DNA of 64,000 nucleotides from Trypanosoma brucei (taxonomy: Eukaryota). Positions 1 to 11,592 of the stretch are shown here, piece after piece (position 1 is the first letter of the stretch; each line of letters opens with the position of its first letter). The notes below the pieces were generated by a model that was given only the letters and a program-made list of their open reading frames with translations, searched no databases and was not told the DNA's origin. Position numbers and translations under genes: made by a program. The stretch is taken from contig CM000207.1 of the NCBI GenBank assembly GCA_000002445.1, forward strand, positions 928,001 through 992,000, written 5' to 3'.

Positions 1-3000
1 TTGTTGGTTTTACAGGAGCTAGATTGGATCAATTCCCCTCAGAACACCAGGCTCCACATCCTGGTGTTAAGTATTCTTGAGGCTGTGTATGCAGAACCGC
101 AGTTACCACCGTCGTCGAGGTGTTTTGAGGAGGCAACTAATGGGGGCGGGAAGACACAGATGCTGCTCGTCGGGGTGAATGAACAGCGCACCGTGCGATT
201 GCTGCTTCAGGGAAGCGGTATGTGGCGACGGGTTGCACCTATGCTGTTCGCTTGGGCGAACTACCGCTTTTACGGTAACGGGTGTGAAAATGAACTGGAA
301 GAAGATAGTGACTCCCTATTTGAAGATACTCTACGTCCGTTTATTGAAGGCTGGGAGAAACAAGAGAATATGGCGGGATTTGACTCACATGCTTGCACTG
401 CTTCCTGCAATAACGATAGCGAAAGCGGCGAAAGTTGCCTTATTCTGAAACGGTGCGATGTGATACTGCGGCACCTACAACACTCTCAAGATTGTGACAA
501 ATACAGAAGTGCTGTGGCTGCCCTCTTCCGAGGCGGCGTGAGCTTGAATCGAGTCACTGCACTTGCCTCATGGGCGGGCGATGTGCAAGCCGTCGACCCG
601 GCCGTCCTTTTGTTTCAGCTGCTACTGGAAGTATGCACACAGTGCGAGGAGCATGTGCAGTTGGCTGCCGCGGTTGACCGGGAGACGATATGCCAATTGA
701 CTGCCTTAGTGATGCAGTCACGCTTACCGCCTGTAGATACGGTTAAAAATGATGAGAATTCCCTACCCGCGGCGCCAGATGTCCTTCACTCAATGTCAGA
801 GGTGCTCAGTTCGTGGAATTTTGAACTTCTTCGTGATTGGCCTCTGGGGGGCACATGCGGAGCCCTTCCCGTGGTGTATCTCTTCTATCACATGGTGGGT
901 GCGCTTATGGCCTCTCCATGTGACAATATGGAAGATAGAAGGGAGAGATGTAACATTATTACCCATTCTGTGATGTTGCTGCAATGGCTCTGTGGGGACG
1001 ACGCGAGACAATCCACCGAAGTCTTCGGGGCACTGATTTCAGGTAAGGTTCCTCTTGTAGCACTTTGCACTGTGGGTGGATTCGCTGTACAAGCTGGTTG
1101 TGCACCGTCCTCTGGGGTGCCCCCATGCGACGCCGTCGCGCGCCGCAGTTTTAACAGAGTACTTTACCATCTTTTTGTGTCTCCCACGACATCTGTTTTG
1201 CCGCAGTTACTGCTTGCTGAATTCGGTATATCTTACGATTATGTCTCTCACGAAAAGATTGGATTCAGCGTATGGAAACGTGTGCTGGAGGGCGATGTCG
1301 CGGCAGCGTTCAGCTCACGTCTCCTTAACCAACTGCACAAATCCCTTGGTTCCTTCAGTAACAAGAAGCATCCAACTCGTGCGGTTCAGGTATCGTTGCT
1401 ACTTGAGTATCTTCGATCCGTTTTTATGGTAAGTTTGCCTCGGCTGGTGATGGCGCTCGGCGAATCGGAGGAAATCGTGGAAATTGCACTGGGCTCAACC
1501 ATACCATCCTTCATCATGTCAGAATTATCCGTAGACCCCGTTCCGCCAGTGGAGGGATGTGACAATGTTACGTGCGTTTTTTTCAATGTTACTCGTGAAG
1601 TGAAGAAGTTACTGCATTTGTACATGGAAGGAAGCGGTGAAGTGCGCTGTCTGGCGATGCTTTTCGGCGTTTTCTGTGACTCCTGCAAGTCATTGCTCGG
1701 ACACGTTGACGACACAGAAAATGTGCGGGACAGCGCTCAGCCTGGCGGCGTAGAGAGGGAACAGAGTATGTTCACTTTCACTTTACAGGAGATGTACTTC
1801 ATATCTCTTCAGGTGCTCTCAAGTGATATGGGTAGGTTTGTGGTTGTTGCAGAGCTTATCCGTCGGAGTGTTCGGCGCCAGGCAGTGCGTGACCTGGAGA
1901 AATCGCTCCACCGGTTCGATGCCTCTTGGTTGAACAATAGTTCGCGTCTCCAGGAATTCATAAGTAGTGCAGTCGCCAACCTAGATGGAGTTGTATCTTC
2001 TTTAGAAAGCGTGGCACCTCTTTATGCACACACACTGGTGATGATATTCCTTGATGAACTTGTGTTGCTTGCTGGAGAGACGACTGAAGCAGTTGGGAGA
2101 GTTGTCGCTTCTCCATCGATTCCACATGAGCAAGGAGAAGGGTATTATAAGGGTGAGGTTATTGTGGACTTGAACGATAAGTTGACCAAGTGCGTCAAAC
2201 AGATGGCGGCTGAGAAATGGAAAGGCCTGAGGAAAGAAGACAGGCGTCTCATTGCACGTGTGCTCTCCAGTTGCCTTGTTCCTTCTTCTGATGAAGCCTT
2301 TGGGGACGGAGGCTACGAGGAGAGTGATGTGCATTTGCAGATGCGCGACGTGAAAGTTCGTATGTCGAAGTCCCTGCAACGTCGTACCATTGACCCCACT
2401 GTGATGGGCATCGTTGTTGGCGAGGCGTCCGCCAATGAAAGCGATAAGTTTCCTGTGGAACTGAGGCGCAATAACGACTCAGATGGTGTTTTGAAGGTGG
2501 GGGGTGATGCAGAAAGAGCCGAATTCGCCCTACTGGTAAAGGAGGAGGCGTATGTGAGGCGGAAACTGAAGGGTCAGCTTCTTGATAGCTACGCGGAACT
2601 AATCAATGGCAATGGGGTTCATGATTCACTGGCGATTTTGTATTTGGCACTACGTGAGGAGCAGCGACGCCGCCGCTTCGTTGAGTATGTGACTGAATGC
2701 AAGGATTTCGTTCTCGATTTCGCTATTTCCCTTCACATGCTCATGCGTGAGTACTACAATGAGGGTGTTTACCACCTCCAGGAGAAGGCCTTAAGGGAAA
2801 TGGAGAGGCGCGTAGGACTTCTTCTCCTTCAAGAGCGTGAGGCGCGGACGGCTATTGAGGCGGTGCATTCTGTAGGTCGGGATATTTACTTCTGTTGGGA
2901 AAAAGAGCAAAGATCCCTATTTGAGGGTGAAAGTCGGTGCCGTTTGGCTATGTTAGAAGATGAGGAGAATACTCGCGACGCCATTTACGAGCACTTTGCA

Positions 3001-4305
3001 AAGGAGGAGGTAGCGGTCGTGCGGCGGTGCGAAGAGCGACTCGAGGAAGAAGCTTGGCGCCAGGAGGAAGAGCAGTGGGCCCTTGAGATGAAGCAGCGGG
3101 AAGATGAAGAGGTGAGTGCAGCACGCACGCAGAATAAGAAACCATCGGAGGGTAAGCGAACAGGTACAAGTGCGTTTACGCGGTGGCAAGAGCGCCGACT
3201 CCAAATGGTGATGGTGCATGAGGAGGTTTCCGAACCCATGGAACAGGAACGGTGTCCCACATCGTCGATTACTGAGGCGGAAGCGCTACCGACAACGAAA
3301 CCGGAAATTTTACCGAGAGAGAGAACAACAGCCTTTGTGCAAGATCCTGTGGAGGCCCTCACGTCGCTCGTGAGGACCGAACCAACTGAGGAGTCCGTGG
3401 ACGGTAGAGGTTACAGTGCGCTGTTTGACTCATCAGAGTCCCTGTTTGGTGCCATTTCGCGGTTTCAGCAGCAGATAATATCCACAGTGGCACCTCCTCC
3501 ATTGTCAGTGGCGAAACAGAAGGAGCAGGAGCAGGGAGGGGAGATGCCGCACCAAAGCCCCACCGAACTGACTGCAAATCCCCATTCTTCAACACAAACA
3601 CAGCAACCGGTGGGGTCGGAGTGGGAGTGGGGATGGGATGAGGTGCCTGACGATGCGGGTGGCTCATGGAAGGTGAGTCGAAATGACTGTAAGACTGGTG
3701 TTGCCACTGAAAATTATTTGACCACGAGGATACCAGATGAGAAGAAAGAAGAGTTCTCAGAGAAAATTATCAAGTTAGAGGCATTGTCCAAAGCAGTTAA
3801 ACCTCGACCACAGCGGCGGCGCCCATTTGGTGGCGTAGTCAACCTCCATGCAAAGCCGACAGAAGGTAAAGTGAGCCCAATAAACGACAGTATTCCCGAA
3901 ACTGGACAGGAAGAACAGCAAATTGGTGAAATATCTCTAAGGAGCGCCGATGAGGGTCATGCAAAGGAAGTGAGCACGCTGCTCACATCGACTGAAATGT
4001 GGAACGCCAAAGGAGAGGAGCTACACCCCTTTTCGGCAACCGTAGGTGAACCACTGGATGTGGCGACTTCGTCTTTATGGGTCGGAGAGCATCAAATGAA
4101 TTTAGCCGTTAGCGATGTGTGTGAGGAGGTGGTGTGTCACACGGAGTATCTTCCCAAGGATAGCTTGGAAATGAGTAGTGTGATTCTCTCGCTTAGCAGC
4201 TTCCACGTAATGCAAGAAGAGGAAGGAGGTGCCCGCCTTGCGCTTCTCAACGAAGAGCGGATCGGACGTGTTTTTCTCAACCGTCGACTAGTTATGGGAT
4301 TGTGA
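1..4305 (+). CDS. Large hypothetical protein, 5'-truncated by the window edge (at least 1434 aa). It has a Glu/Arg-rich predicted coiled-coil segment (~aa 900-1010) and acidic, low-complexity C-terminal regions.
   Basis: Uninterrupted ORF from base 1. Coding-like composition. Same strand as all neighbours. No recognisable catalytic motif. Confidence 0.55.
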   Translation: MLVLQELDWINSPQNTRLHILVLSILEAVYAEPQLPPSSRCFEEATNGGGKTQMLLVGVNEQRTVRLLLQGSGMWRRVAPMLFAWANYRFYGNGCENELEEDSDSLFEDTLRPFIEGWEKQENMAGFDSHACTASCNNDSESGESCLILKRCDVILRHLQHSQDCDKYRSAVAALFRGGVSLNRVTALASWAGDVQAVDPAVLLFQLLLEVCTQCEEHVQLAAAVDRETICQLTALVMQSRLPPVDTVKNDENSLPAAPDVLHSMSEVLSSWNFELLRDWPLGGTCGALPVVYLFYHMVGALMASPCDNMEDRRERCNIITHSVMLLQWLCGDDARQSTEVFGALISGKVPLVALCTVGGFAVQAGCAPSSGVPPCDAVARRSFNRVLYHLFVSPTTSVLPQLLLAEFGISYDYVSHEKIGFSVWKRVLEGDVAAAFSSRLLNQLHKSLGSFSNKKHPTRAVQVSLLLEYLRSVFMVSLPRLVMALGESEEIVEIALGSTIPSFIMSELSVDPVPPVEGCDNVTCVFFNVTREVKKLLHLYMEGSGEVRCLAMLFGVFCDSCKSLLGHVDDTENVRDSAQPGGVEREQSMFTFTLQEMYFISLQVLSSDMGRFVVVAELIRRSVRRQAVRDLEKSLHRFDASWLNNSSRLQEFISSAVANLDGVVSSLESVAPLYAHTLVMIFLDELVLLAGETTEAVGRVVASPSIPHEQGEGYYKGEVIVDLNDKLTKCVKQMAAEKWKGLRKEDRRLIARVLSSCLVPSSDEAFGDGGYEESDVHLQMRDVKVRMSKSLQRRTIDPTVMGIVVGEASANESDKFPVELRRNNDSDGVLKVGGDAERAEFALLVKEEAYVRRKLKGQLLDSYAELINGNGVHDSLAILYLALREEQRRRRFVEYVTECKDFVLDFAISLHMLMREYYNEGVYHLQEKALREMERRVGLLLLQEREARTAIEAVHSVGRDIYFCWEKEQRSLFEGESRCRLAMLEDEENTRDAIYEHFAKEEVAVVRRCEERLEEEAWRQEEEQWALEMKQREDEEVSAARTQNKKPSEGKRTGTSAFTRWQERRLQMVMVHEEVSEPMEQERCPTSSITEAEALPTTKPEILPRERTTAFVQDPVEALTSLVRTEPTEESVDGRGYSALFDSSESLFGAISRFQQQIISTVAPPPLSVAKQKEQEQGGEMPHQSPTELTANPHSSTQTQQPVGSEWEWGWDEVPDDAGGSWKVSRNDCKTGVATENYLTTRIPDEKKEEFSEKIIKLEALSKAVKPRPQRRRPFGGVVNLHAKPTEGKVSPINDSIPETGQEEQQIGEISLRSADEGHAKEVSTLLTSTEMWNAKGEELHPFSATVGEPLDVATSSLWVGEHQMNLAVSDVCEEVVCHTEYLPKDSLEMSSVILSLSSFHVMQEEEGGARLALLNEERIGRVFLNRRLVMGL

Positions 4306-4707
4306 GATAACCTCAGCCTGGTGTCCTTCCCTCCTGATGGGGAAGTGGCAATCCACCTTCTTTGCTATGATTCGTCGTGTCTCTCGAAAGGAAAGTTAAC
4401 TTCTTAATAGCCACAGTAACGCATGGATGCAATCCTGCTGTGCGCTCTGTGTAAAATCAGGGCTACTTGACTCTCGTCATTGTCGTGTATTCGGATCGTG
4501 TAGTTCTTCACTTCGGGTGGTTGTCTGTGATCGAACGTGGTTTCGGTAAATTATTATTGGATCGGAGGCGTTATTGGCCGTATTTCCAATGCCTGAGCAG
4601 GGGTTTCAAAGCAACATTTGTGTTTGGACCTCTTCCATATTTTTTTTTACCAATTAGGGGATGTCGTGCCTAACTTCGTGCATCCATTGTTGATCATTTG
4701 TACCATT

Positions 4708-4742
4708 GTTATTTTTTTTTTTAATTTTGGTTTTGTATCAAG
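4708..4742 (+). promoter_or_regulatory. Polypyrimidine tract plus AG dinucleotide, the likely trans-splice acceptor region for the downstream TFIIB-like gene.
   Basis: Run of T/C (attttttttttttaattttggttttgt) followed by AG about 115 nt upstream of the ATG at 4857. Standard kinetoplastid mRNA-processing signal. Confidence 0.4.
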
Positions 4743-4856
4743 GAATTAGTCGATATATACCTCTTCTTGTAATACGTTGCTGCTCAGAGGCACGCGCGCA
4801 CGACGCTGACCGCACCGCACCGCACCGCACAGGCGGTGAAGGAAGCTGGTTAAGTC

Positions 4857-5894
4857 ATGTCGACTACCACAGATTTTGTTGGGCGGAACTGTCCTCATTG
4901 CAGTGCAGTGGATAGTTTGCAGACAGATGATGTCATGGGCGAAGTAGCTTGCACGGCGTGTGCACTAGTTGTGGCAATGGGACTCGAAGAGAACGTTTTT
5001 ACACGGTACAATGAGAATGCCACGTATGAGGACGTTGATCACCATCGTGAGCGAAATGCAAATCCCACAGCCGCTACTTCCGCTGCGGGTTCTCTTTCAG
5101 CAGCGGACCCTCACATGTCGTCGACCTCTTCGAAGGTTGTGTTACATCCAACCATGCTGAATTGTATGCGAGGCCTTCACAAAAAGGCAGTATTACCAGA
5201 GCCAGTACTCGATCGCGGTATTGAGCTCGCGCGAGCCTTTGTTGGTGGGCGGCGGGCACGTGGGCAGCGGGTGGAACGACAACCGGATGTTGCTGCCGCT
5301 TGTCTTATGATCGCTGCTGAAGAGGCTCAGCAGCCGCTACCGTTGGCCGAAGTGCGGTGTCTTGATTCATCACTTGGCGATGTGGAACTGCGTCGCGCGG
5401 ATATTGTGCGCGAGTTACACCTAGAAGATAGCGAGCGGCGGTTACGCGACACCTTTGCTGATAACCTTCTTGTGAAGTACATTCTGAAACTTGGTCTGCA
5501 AGTCTCATTATACCTACCGCATTGCAAGCGGCTGTTGACGGCACTTGGTCGCGTAGAGGCGTTGGCAGGTTTAACAGTTGCAGATCGAGTAACGACAGCG
5601 CTTCTGTTGGCAAGAACTGCGCAAACACTTTCCTGGGAACAGGGAACGCACATTAGTAAAGGCAAAGAGTGTGACCTTGGTATGGAGGCTATCTACGCTA
5701 ATTTTTCATCCAAAGCTCATTTGGAAGTGACCAAAGTCAACAAAATCATGCACCTGGCCGTAGATGTATTGCCTCTTATCCAGGCAGCGTTTCAAGACTG
5801 TGGAGAGCCCACGGCTGGTAAGAGAAAGGTAGACAAGAACAGTGAGCCAGAAGCGAGTGGTAGCACTAAACGCGTGAAGAGGGAGGAAACATGA
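4857..5894 (+). CDS. TFIIB: Divergent TFIIB-like general transcription factor (345 aa)
   Basis: N-terminal zinc ribbon C-P-H-C...x15...C-T-A-C with the context DDVMGEVACTACALVV. This resembles the TFIIB ribbon (..DMICxxCGLVV). Length 345 aa. The rest is poorly conserved, as expected for trypanosomatid TFIIB. Confidence 0.55.
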   Translation: MSTTTDFVGRNCPHCSAVDSLQTDDVMGEVACTACALVVAMGLEENVFTRYNENATYEDVDHHRERNANPTAATSAAGSLSAADPHMSSTSSKVVLHPTMLNCMRGLHKKAVLPEPVLDRGIELARAFVGGRRARGQRVERQPDVAAACLMIAAEEAQQPLPLAEVRCLDSSLGDVELRRADIVRELHLEDSERRLRDTFADNLLVKYILKLGLQVSLYLPHCKRLLTALGRVEALAGLTVADRVTTALLLARTAQTLSWEQGTHISKGKECDLGMEAIYANFSSKAHLEVTKVNKIMHLAVDVLPLIQAAFQDCGEPTAGKRKVDKNSEPEASGSTKRVKREET

Positions 5895-6439
5895 AGGTGT
5901 GGAGAGAAAGGAGGGAGATGACAATGGAGAAGAGACTGTTTTGTGGAAGGCGTGCTTTTTAAAAAACCTTCGATTTATGACGTGGAGTATTTTTTTTACT
6001 CTTTTTTTTTGTTATCTTTGCTTATCCATTAGCGTTTCTTAGGTGCTTCTCGTCATCGGCACTGCTCTCCTACGCGAGTCAACCTACGGTGGCTAACCGT
6101 TTGTCCTTGGTGGCCGTGAAACCGCGACGCTTTTCTTTGTTTTTTTTTCTCGTTACACGTTTTTGTGGTTATCCGGTGGTTGCGGCGTTAATATGAAACT
6201 ATATAATTTTTCCCGATGTTTTTTTTACCGCGTTAATAATTTTTCAACAATGTTAGAGAGGTGGAGGCGCCCCTTCATTATCTTCTCCATATACTCCATT
6301 TTGTTGTGTCATTTTTTATTTTTATTTTTTACCAAGCTAGTTGTGATACGCCGCGTATCGTTAAGTGGCGAAGGAGGAAGAAGGAACGAAAGCGAAAAAT
6401 AAAGTTTGAATCCGTTTGAGATACAGACACAACAAAACT

Positions 6440-7708
6440 ATGCCCCGTGAGAACTTCTCACCGAAGCACGTTGATCCTGTGAACTTCCACAACGACGATG
6501 ACGAAGACGAAGAAGAATTCGATCTCTTAAAAGTGATGAATGATATGAAGGTGCACGAACGCCGTAATGTGTATGCTCTGAAAGGTTTACTTAATGAATA
6601 CAAAAGTGTACGGGCGAAGTTCCGTGAAGAGCTCAGCCGGCTTGAGGTGGAGCATCTGCGTGACGCCCAGCATTTCCACGATATTCGCGCTGCCATCGTG
6701 TGTGGAACGCGCGACATCACTGATGAGGAAATAGCTGCTGCCCAGGCATCGTTGGCGGCTGAGACGACGTCTTCTGGTGTTCGTGCAATTTCCTCCAGCG
6801 ATGAAGAACCCGACGCGGGTGATGCAAAGCGGGATGAAAATAAAGCCGGAAAGAAGTCCGTTCGTGTGGTGTCTCCTCAGGAAGATCCCGGCCGCCTCGA
6901 GAAGGCTGCTGCCGCACCTGATGGCGGCATTCCTGACTTTTGGCTCACAGCCATGTGCAACGCCGAGGTGTTGGACTCAACCATTACGGAGCGAGATCGC
7001 CCAGCGCTAAGTCACCTGCAAGACATTCAGTTAGAGCACATTGATGGGGATCCACATAAAGGAGTTCGTATTAACTTCCACTTCTCACCGAATGAGTACT
7101 TTACCAACGAGGTCCTTAGCAAAACATACCGGATGGCCTTTGATGAAGACAGTGGTGAAGTAGAGATTGATTCCATGAGCGCCACTCCCGTTGACTGGAA
7201 GTCGCGTGAGAAGAACCTTACCGTTATCCTTAAGAAAAAGAAACAACGACACAAGACCAAGAGGGAGATTCGTGTGGTGACGCGCGAGGAGAAATGCCCG
7301 TCGTTTTTCAATTTTTTCACCAACCCTCTGGGCGGCGAGGACGAGGACGAGGACGAGGACGGGGACGGAAAAGAGGATGAAAAAAGGGATGAAAAGGAAA
7401 AGGGAAAGAAAACTGACGACGATGACGATGACGATGATGATGATGAAGAAGAGACGGCAGAGTTGCACATTGAATTGGGGCAGGTGTTGATGGAGGAACT
7501 CGTGCCAAAGGCCGCCTTCTACTATACAGGTAAGTCCGTTGAGGAAACGGCACTGGCACTCATAAAGAAATTTAGCGTTGAATCAGATGACGAAGACGGG
7601 GACGAAGATGATGACAGTGATGACGGAAGCGACATCGGTGGTAAATCATCTAAGAAACCCGCACCCAGTGGTGGTAAAACTAATCAGCCGGAGTGCCAGC
7701 AGCAGTAA
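6440..7708 (+). CDS. Nucleosome assembly protein (NAP1-like histone chaperone) with poly-acidic tracts
   Basis: NAP-family core (GIPDFWLTAMCNAEVL...RINFHFSPNEYFTNEVLSKTY...FFNFFTNP). Long Asp/Glu runs. The track ORF starts at TTG 6416. The first in-frame ATG is 6440. Confidence 0.7.
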   Translation: MPRENFSPKHVDPVNFHNDDDEDEEEFDLLKVMNDMKVHERRNVYALKGLLNEYKSVRAKFREELSRLEVEHLRDAQHFHDIRAAIVCGTRDITDEEIAAAQASLAAETTSSGVRAISSSDEEPDAGDAKRDENKAGKKSVRVVSPQEDPGRLEKAAAAPDGGIPDFWLTAMCNAEVLDSTITERDRPALSHLQDIQLEHIDGDPHKGVRINFHFSPNEYFTNEVLSKTYRMAFDEDSGEVEIDSMSATPVDWKSREKNLTVILKKKKQRHKTKREIRVVTREEKCPSFFNFFTNPLGGEDEDEDEDGDGKEDEKRDEKEKGKKTDDDDDDDDDDEEETAELHIELGQVLMEELVPKAAFYYTGKSVEETALALIKKFSVESDDEDGDEDDDSDDGSDIGGKSSKKPAPSGGKTNQPECQQQ

Positions 7709-8574
7709 AAAAGGAAAATAAAAAACAAACTAACAGACAAAGAGGTATTTCCCCCTCGCAATCCCTCAAAGCGGGTGGTAAAGCAGGGAAAATAAGCAAG
7801 GCGTCTTTGTTCCGAATAAAAGGTTGGTACCCAAATAAGCAATTAACAGTCGCCATATAGTTCCTGTCTGTTTTTAATTCACTTTACGTCTCTTAGTTTT
7901 TGAGCTGAATGTTCTCACCGCCCCTTCTCCTTCCCTTGGACTTTCGCGTCTGCCATTCCCCCACAGGGCGTAACGTTGGAACCTCCTACAATCAGATACA
8001 ACCACAATGGAAGTGTTTTGAATGCGTTGGTCGGACCGAGTTATCGTAAATCCCATCTAAAAAGGAGTAAAAGAGGAGGAAGATAGCAAAAGAAAAGCCA
8101 TGGAAAAGACAGGAAAAAAAGGAATGAAGTGAGGAAACGGAAGGGGAAGTGCGTATTTGGGTTAAATACTATAATTATATTGTGTGACATTCTTTTTTTT
8201 TTTTTTAGTGCGTGTGTGGTTGTTTGTCGGGGGTTCAAGGGAGGGGGGAAGGGGGGAAAGAGAAAACACAAAGAAAAAACAAATAAACATTAAAGGAAGA
8301 TGCAAAGAAGTGCAGGAGATGGTAGTGGCGTGGATGTTCGGAAGCGAAAATGATAATAACAATGATAATGATAATGGTAATGCGCAAACGAAGTAAACGA
8401 GAAGGGATGGCTTCCGCATATCTCTTTTCGGTCTCATCTTCCCTGAAAACAAAGTTTCCTTGTTATTACTCGTCTGGTTCCATATTTCATCCTTTTCATT
8501 ACACTACCTGTATGTGGCCAAGTATCCGCTGTTAAATTTTGTTAGCGCCATGTCCACAGTTACATTCTGTGTCC

Positions 8575-8626
8575 CGTATTTCTCCTTGAACTTCTGCTAC
8601 TTTCCTCCTCTTGTGTTTTGGTACAG
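8575..8626 (+). promoter_or_regulatory. Polypyrimidine tract/AG splice-acceptor region upstream of TXNPx copy 1. An identical element lies at about 10822-10873 for copy 2.
   Basis: cttctgctactttcctcctcttgtgttttggtacAG, conserved in both repeat units. Confidence 0.4.
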
Positions 8627-8745
8627 AAAAAGCAACTCATAGCTAGCAAGTCAGTTTTTCACCAGCTAACTTCAAGTATTCGGCATATACCCATATCAAG
8701 GTAAAAAGGGAGAAAAAGAAAAAAGAAATAAAGATACAATTAAAC

Positions 8746-9345
8746 ATGTCCTGCGGTGATGCGAAACTCAACCACCCTGCGCCTCACTTCAATGAGGTGG
8801 CGCTGATGCCTAATGGCACTTTCAAGAAAGTTGATCTCGCCTCTTACAGGGGAAAGTGGGTGGTACTATTCTTTTATCCTCTCGACTTCACGTTTGTGTG
8901 CCCTACTGAAATCTGCCAATTCTCTGACCGCGTGAAGGAGTTCAACGACGTCGATTGTGAGGTTATTGCATGCTCAATGGACAGCGAATTCTCACATCTT
9001 GCATGGACAAATGTTGAACGCAAGAAGGGTGGATTGGGGACGATGAACATTCCCATCCTCGCTGATAAAACGAAATCAATCATGAAGGCTTATGGTGTAC
9101 TTAAGGAGGAAGACGGTGTTGCATACCGCGGTCTTTTCATCATTGACCCCCAACAGAACCTTCGTCAAATTACCATCAACGATCTTCCAGTTGGTCGTAA
9201 TGTTGACGAAACACTTCGACTTGTGAAGGCCTTCCAGTTTGTGGAAAAACACGGTGAGGTGTGCCCCGCTAACTGGAAACCTGGAAGCAAGACAATGAAG
9301 GCTGATCCCAACGGATCCCAAGATTACTTCAGCAGCATGAACTAA
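8746..9345 (+). CDS. TXNPx: Cytosolic tryparedoxin peroxidase (typical 2-Cys peroxiredoxin), copy 1
   Basis: 199 aa. Peroxidatic Cys motif FTFVCPTEI and resolving Cys VCPANW. Strong peroxiredoxin similarity throughout. Confidence 0.9.
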   Translation: MSCGDAKLNHPAPHFNEVALMPNGTFKKVDLASYRGKWVVLFFYPLDFTFVCPTEICQFSDRVKEFNDVDCEVIACSMDSEFSHLAWTNVERKKGGLGTMNIPILADKTKSIMKAYGVLKEEDGVAYRGLFIIDPQQNLRQITINDLPVGRNVDETLRLVKAFQFVEKHGEVCPANWKPGSKTMKADPNGSQDYFSSMN

Positions 9346-10992
9346 AATGGACTTGTTTCTAAGTTTGCAGTGTATTTCGTTCCTTTCACGAAGCGAGTCA
9401 CGCTGTTTTGGGAGTTCCTGTAGGAGCAATTACGGAAGCACATAAAATTTTCTATAGCCATGAAGAGGAGGATTACCTCCTGTAACGATGGGGTGATGCT
9501 TTCCCTTTTCGTGGTTTAATGCAAGACAGGGAGAGAATTACTATATATATATATATTTTCGTATTGAATATTAAGGTTACGATTTTTGTCACTATCTTTT
9601 TTTTTTATGGCACTGCAGTGTCTTATTGTTTGACTTCGTTCGAGTGCCGCAGCGTGGGAAAGGCAATGTGAAACACGAAAGGAAGGATAAACTTATAGGG
9701 TATTAGGAGTGAAAAATAGGGAAAAAGAGAATAGGCGGGGAGCCTGCTCAGTTTTAGCGAGAAGGCGTTGATATATGTCCGTCGGCAACTCTCATTTTCT
9801 TTCTTCTTTTTTTTTCCTTCTTTGCGTGTTTGCCAGTAGCTAACTCAACAAGATGCTTGTGCTTGTGATTTCGCACTTCACTATGAAGTCTGAGAAGGGG
9901 TTTAGCGATGGGTTCCTCCCAATACTGGGTCATCTCATTTTACACCATGCCTTGCCGATTTTTTTTTGTTCCTTTCCTCTCCACCCACCATTTACCCCTG
10001 GATCCTTACTTTTACCTTCCCCTTCCCTACATGCAAAAGCACAAACCTGTAATTGGTGCAGCTGAAGTAACGGAATAGGGTTTAAATACCCCCAATAGAT
10101 AAGTGCAAAACATACTTGTTACTCACCTATGTTAGTCCACTTGGATAAATGGTGGAAAAGCAAGGCCCATCGTCGCATAAAAGGTGCTCGCGGGGCCCGT
10201 TTTGCGAGTCTTAAGTTTCATGTTCTATTCCTTGGCAGTGTTATTTGTTTTGTTGAGTGGGTGATGCGATCGACTGACTGCTACGAGGATCCCTCTTACC
10301 ATATTGCTCCACCACCAGTCGCGCCTCCTCCACCGTTGGCTGCGTCGATTGGATATGCACTGAGTCGGGAAATGCCACATCTGCGTGTCATGGAACTAGA
10401 GAAAGGGATACCGTCACATTTACCGAAGACGCGGGGTGTTGACTACGTGTTGCTGCGAAGCGAAGGGAGGTTTGTTTAACACCTCAGGTGCACAACATAT
10501 ATATATATATATATGTTTGTGCTAGTGTTACCGTGTTCATCAAGTTTATGTGCATGCAATTTGGTTAGTGGTTTACTTAGGAAGGGGACAACATTTTGTA
10601 CGCAACGTAAGTCGCTTCACTCCTTTGTGAGGGCCAAACCCCCACTCAGGATCTCGCAATGGCGTAAGTGAATAAAAACTGGCAATAACCGCTCTTGTTT
10701 AATTTTACTCTGATTCGCATCTGGACTTCCTCCCCTCTGCACCGTTTCTCTTATGACCGAGAGGTATGTGGTCAAGCACACAATTTTGTTAGCGCCATGT
10801 CCACAGTTACATTCTGTGTCCCGTATTTCTCCTTGAACTTCTGCTACTTTCCTCCTCTTGTGTTTTGGTACAGAAAAAGCAACTCATAGCTAGCAAGTCA
10901 GTTTTTCACCAGCTAACTTCAAGTATTCGGCATATACCCATATCAAGGTAAAAAGGGAGAAAAAGAAAAAAGAAATAAAGATACAATTAAAC

Positions 10993-11592
10993 ATGTCCTG
11001 CGGTGATGCGAAACTCAACCACCCTGCGCCTCACTTCAATGAGGTGGCGCTGATGCCTAATGGCACTTTCAAGAAAGTTGATCTCGCCTCTTACAGGGGA
11101 AAGTGGGTGGTACTATTCTTTTATCCTCTCGACTTCACGTTTGTGTGCCCTACTGAAATCTGCCAATTCTCTGACCGCGTGAAGGAGTTCAACGACGTCG
11201 ATTGTGAGGTTATTGCATGCTCAATGGACAGCGAATTCTCACATCTTGCATGGACAAATGTTGAACGCAAGAAGGGTGGATTGGGGACGATGAACATTCC
11301 CATCCTCGCTGATAAAACGAAATCAATCATGAAGGCTTATGGTGTACTTAAGGAGGAAGACGGTGTTGCATACCGCGGTCTTTTCATCATTGACCCCCAA
11401 CAGAACCTTCGTCAAATTACCATCAACGATCTTCCAGTTGGTCGTAATGTTGACGAAACACTTCGACTTGTGAAGGCCTTCCAGTTTGTGGAAAAACACG
11501 GTGAGGTGTGCCCCGCTAACTGGAAACCTGGAAGCAAGACAATGAAGGCTGATCCCAACGGATCCCAAGATTACTTCAGCAGCATGAACTAA
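10993..11592 (+). CDS. TXNPx: Cytosolic tryparedoxin peroxidase, copy 2 (protein identical to copy 1)
   Basis: Identical 199-aa translation. Same 5' flank. Confidence 0.9.
   Translation: MSCGDAKLNHPAPHFNEVALMPNGTFKKVDLASYRGKWVVLFFYPLDFTFVCPTEICQFSDRVKEFNDVDCEVIACSMDSEFSHLAWTNVERKKGGLGTMNIPILADKTKSIMKAYGVLKEEDGVAYRGLFIIDPQQNLRQITINDLPVGRNVDETLRLVKAFQFVEKHGEVCPANWKPGSKTMKADPNGSQDYFSSMN

Larger units (their letters stand above)
8535..9350 (+). repeat. Tandem duplication unit of the TXNPx locus (5' flank plus CDS). The second unit is at about 10782-11597 (period 2247 bp). The 3' UTRs diverge immediately after the stop codon.
   Basis: Identical DNA from ttttgttagcgccatgtccacag through the TAA in both copies. 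The downstream sequence is unrelated (aatggacttgtttc vs aatgtgtctcgttt). Confidence 0.85.

Noticed and set aside
7320-7460. (GAC/GAG/GAT)n runs that look like trinucleotide microsatellites
   Set aside because: They are in-frame inside the NAP-like CDS and encode its poly-acidic tract. They are coding low complexity, not an intergenic repeat.
10129-10479. 116-aa + strand ORF in the spacer between the two TXNPx copies
   Set aside because: It has no recognisable motif and an atypical composition (poly-Pro/Ala patch from repetitive DNA). It is not preceded by a clear polypyrimidine/AG signal. More likely UTR or intergenic sequence.
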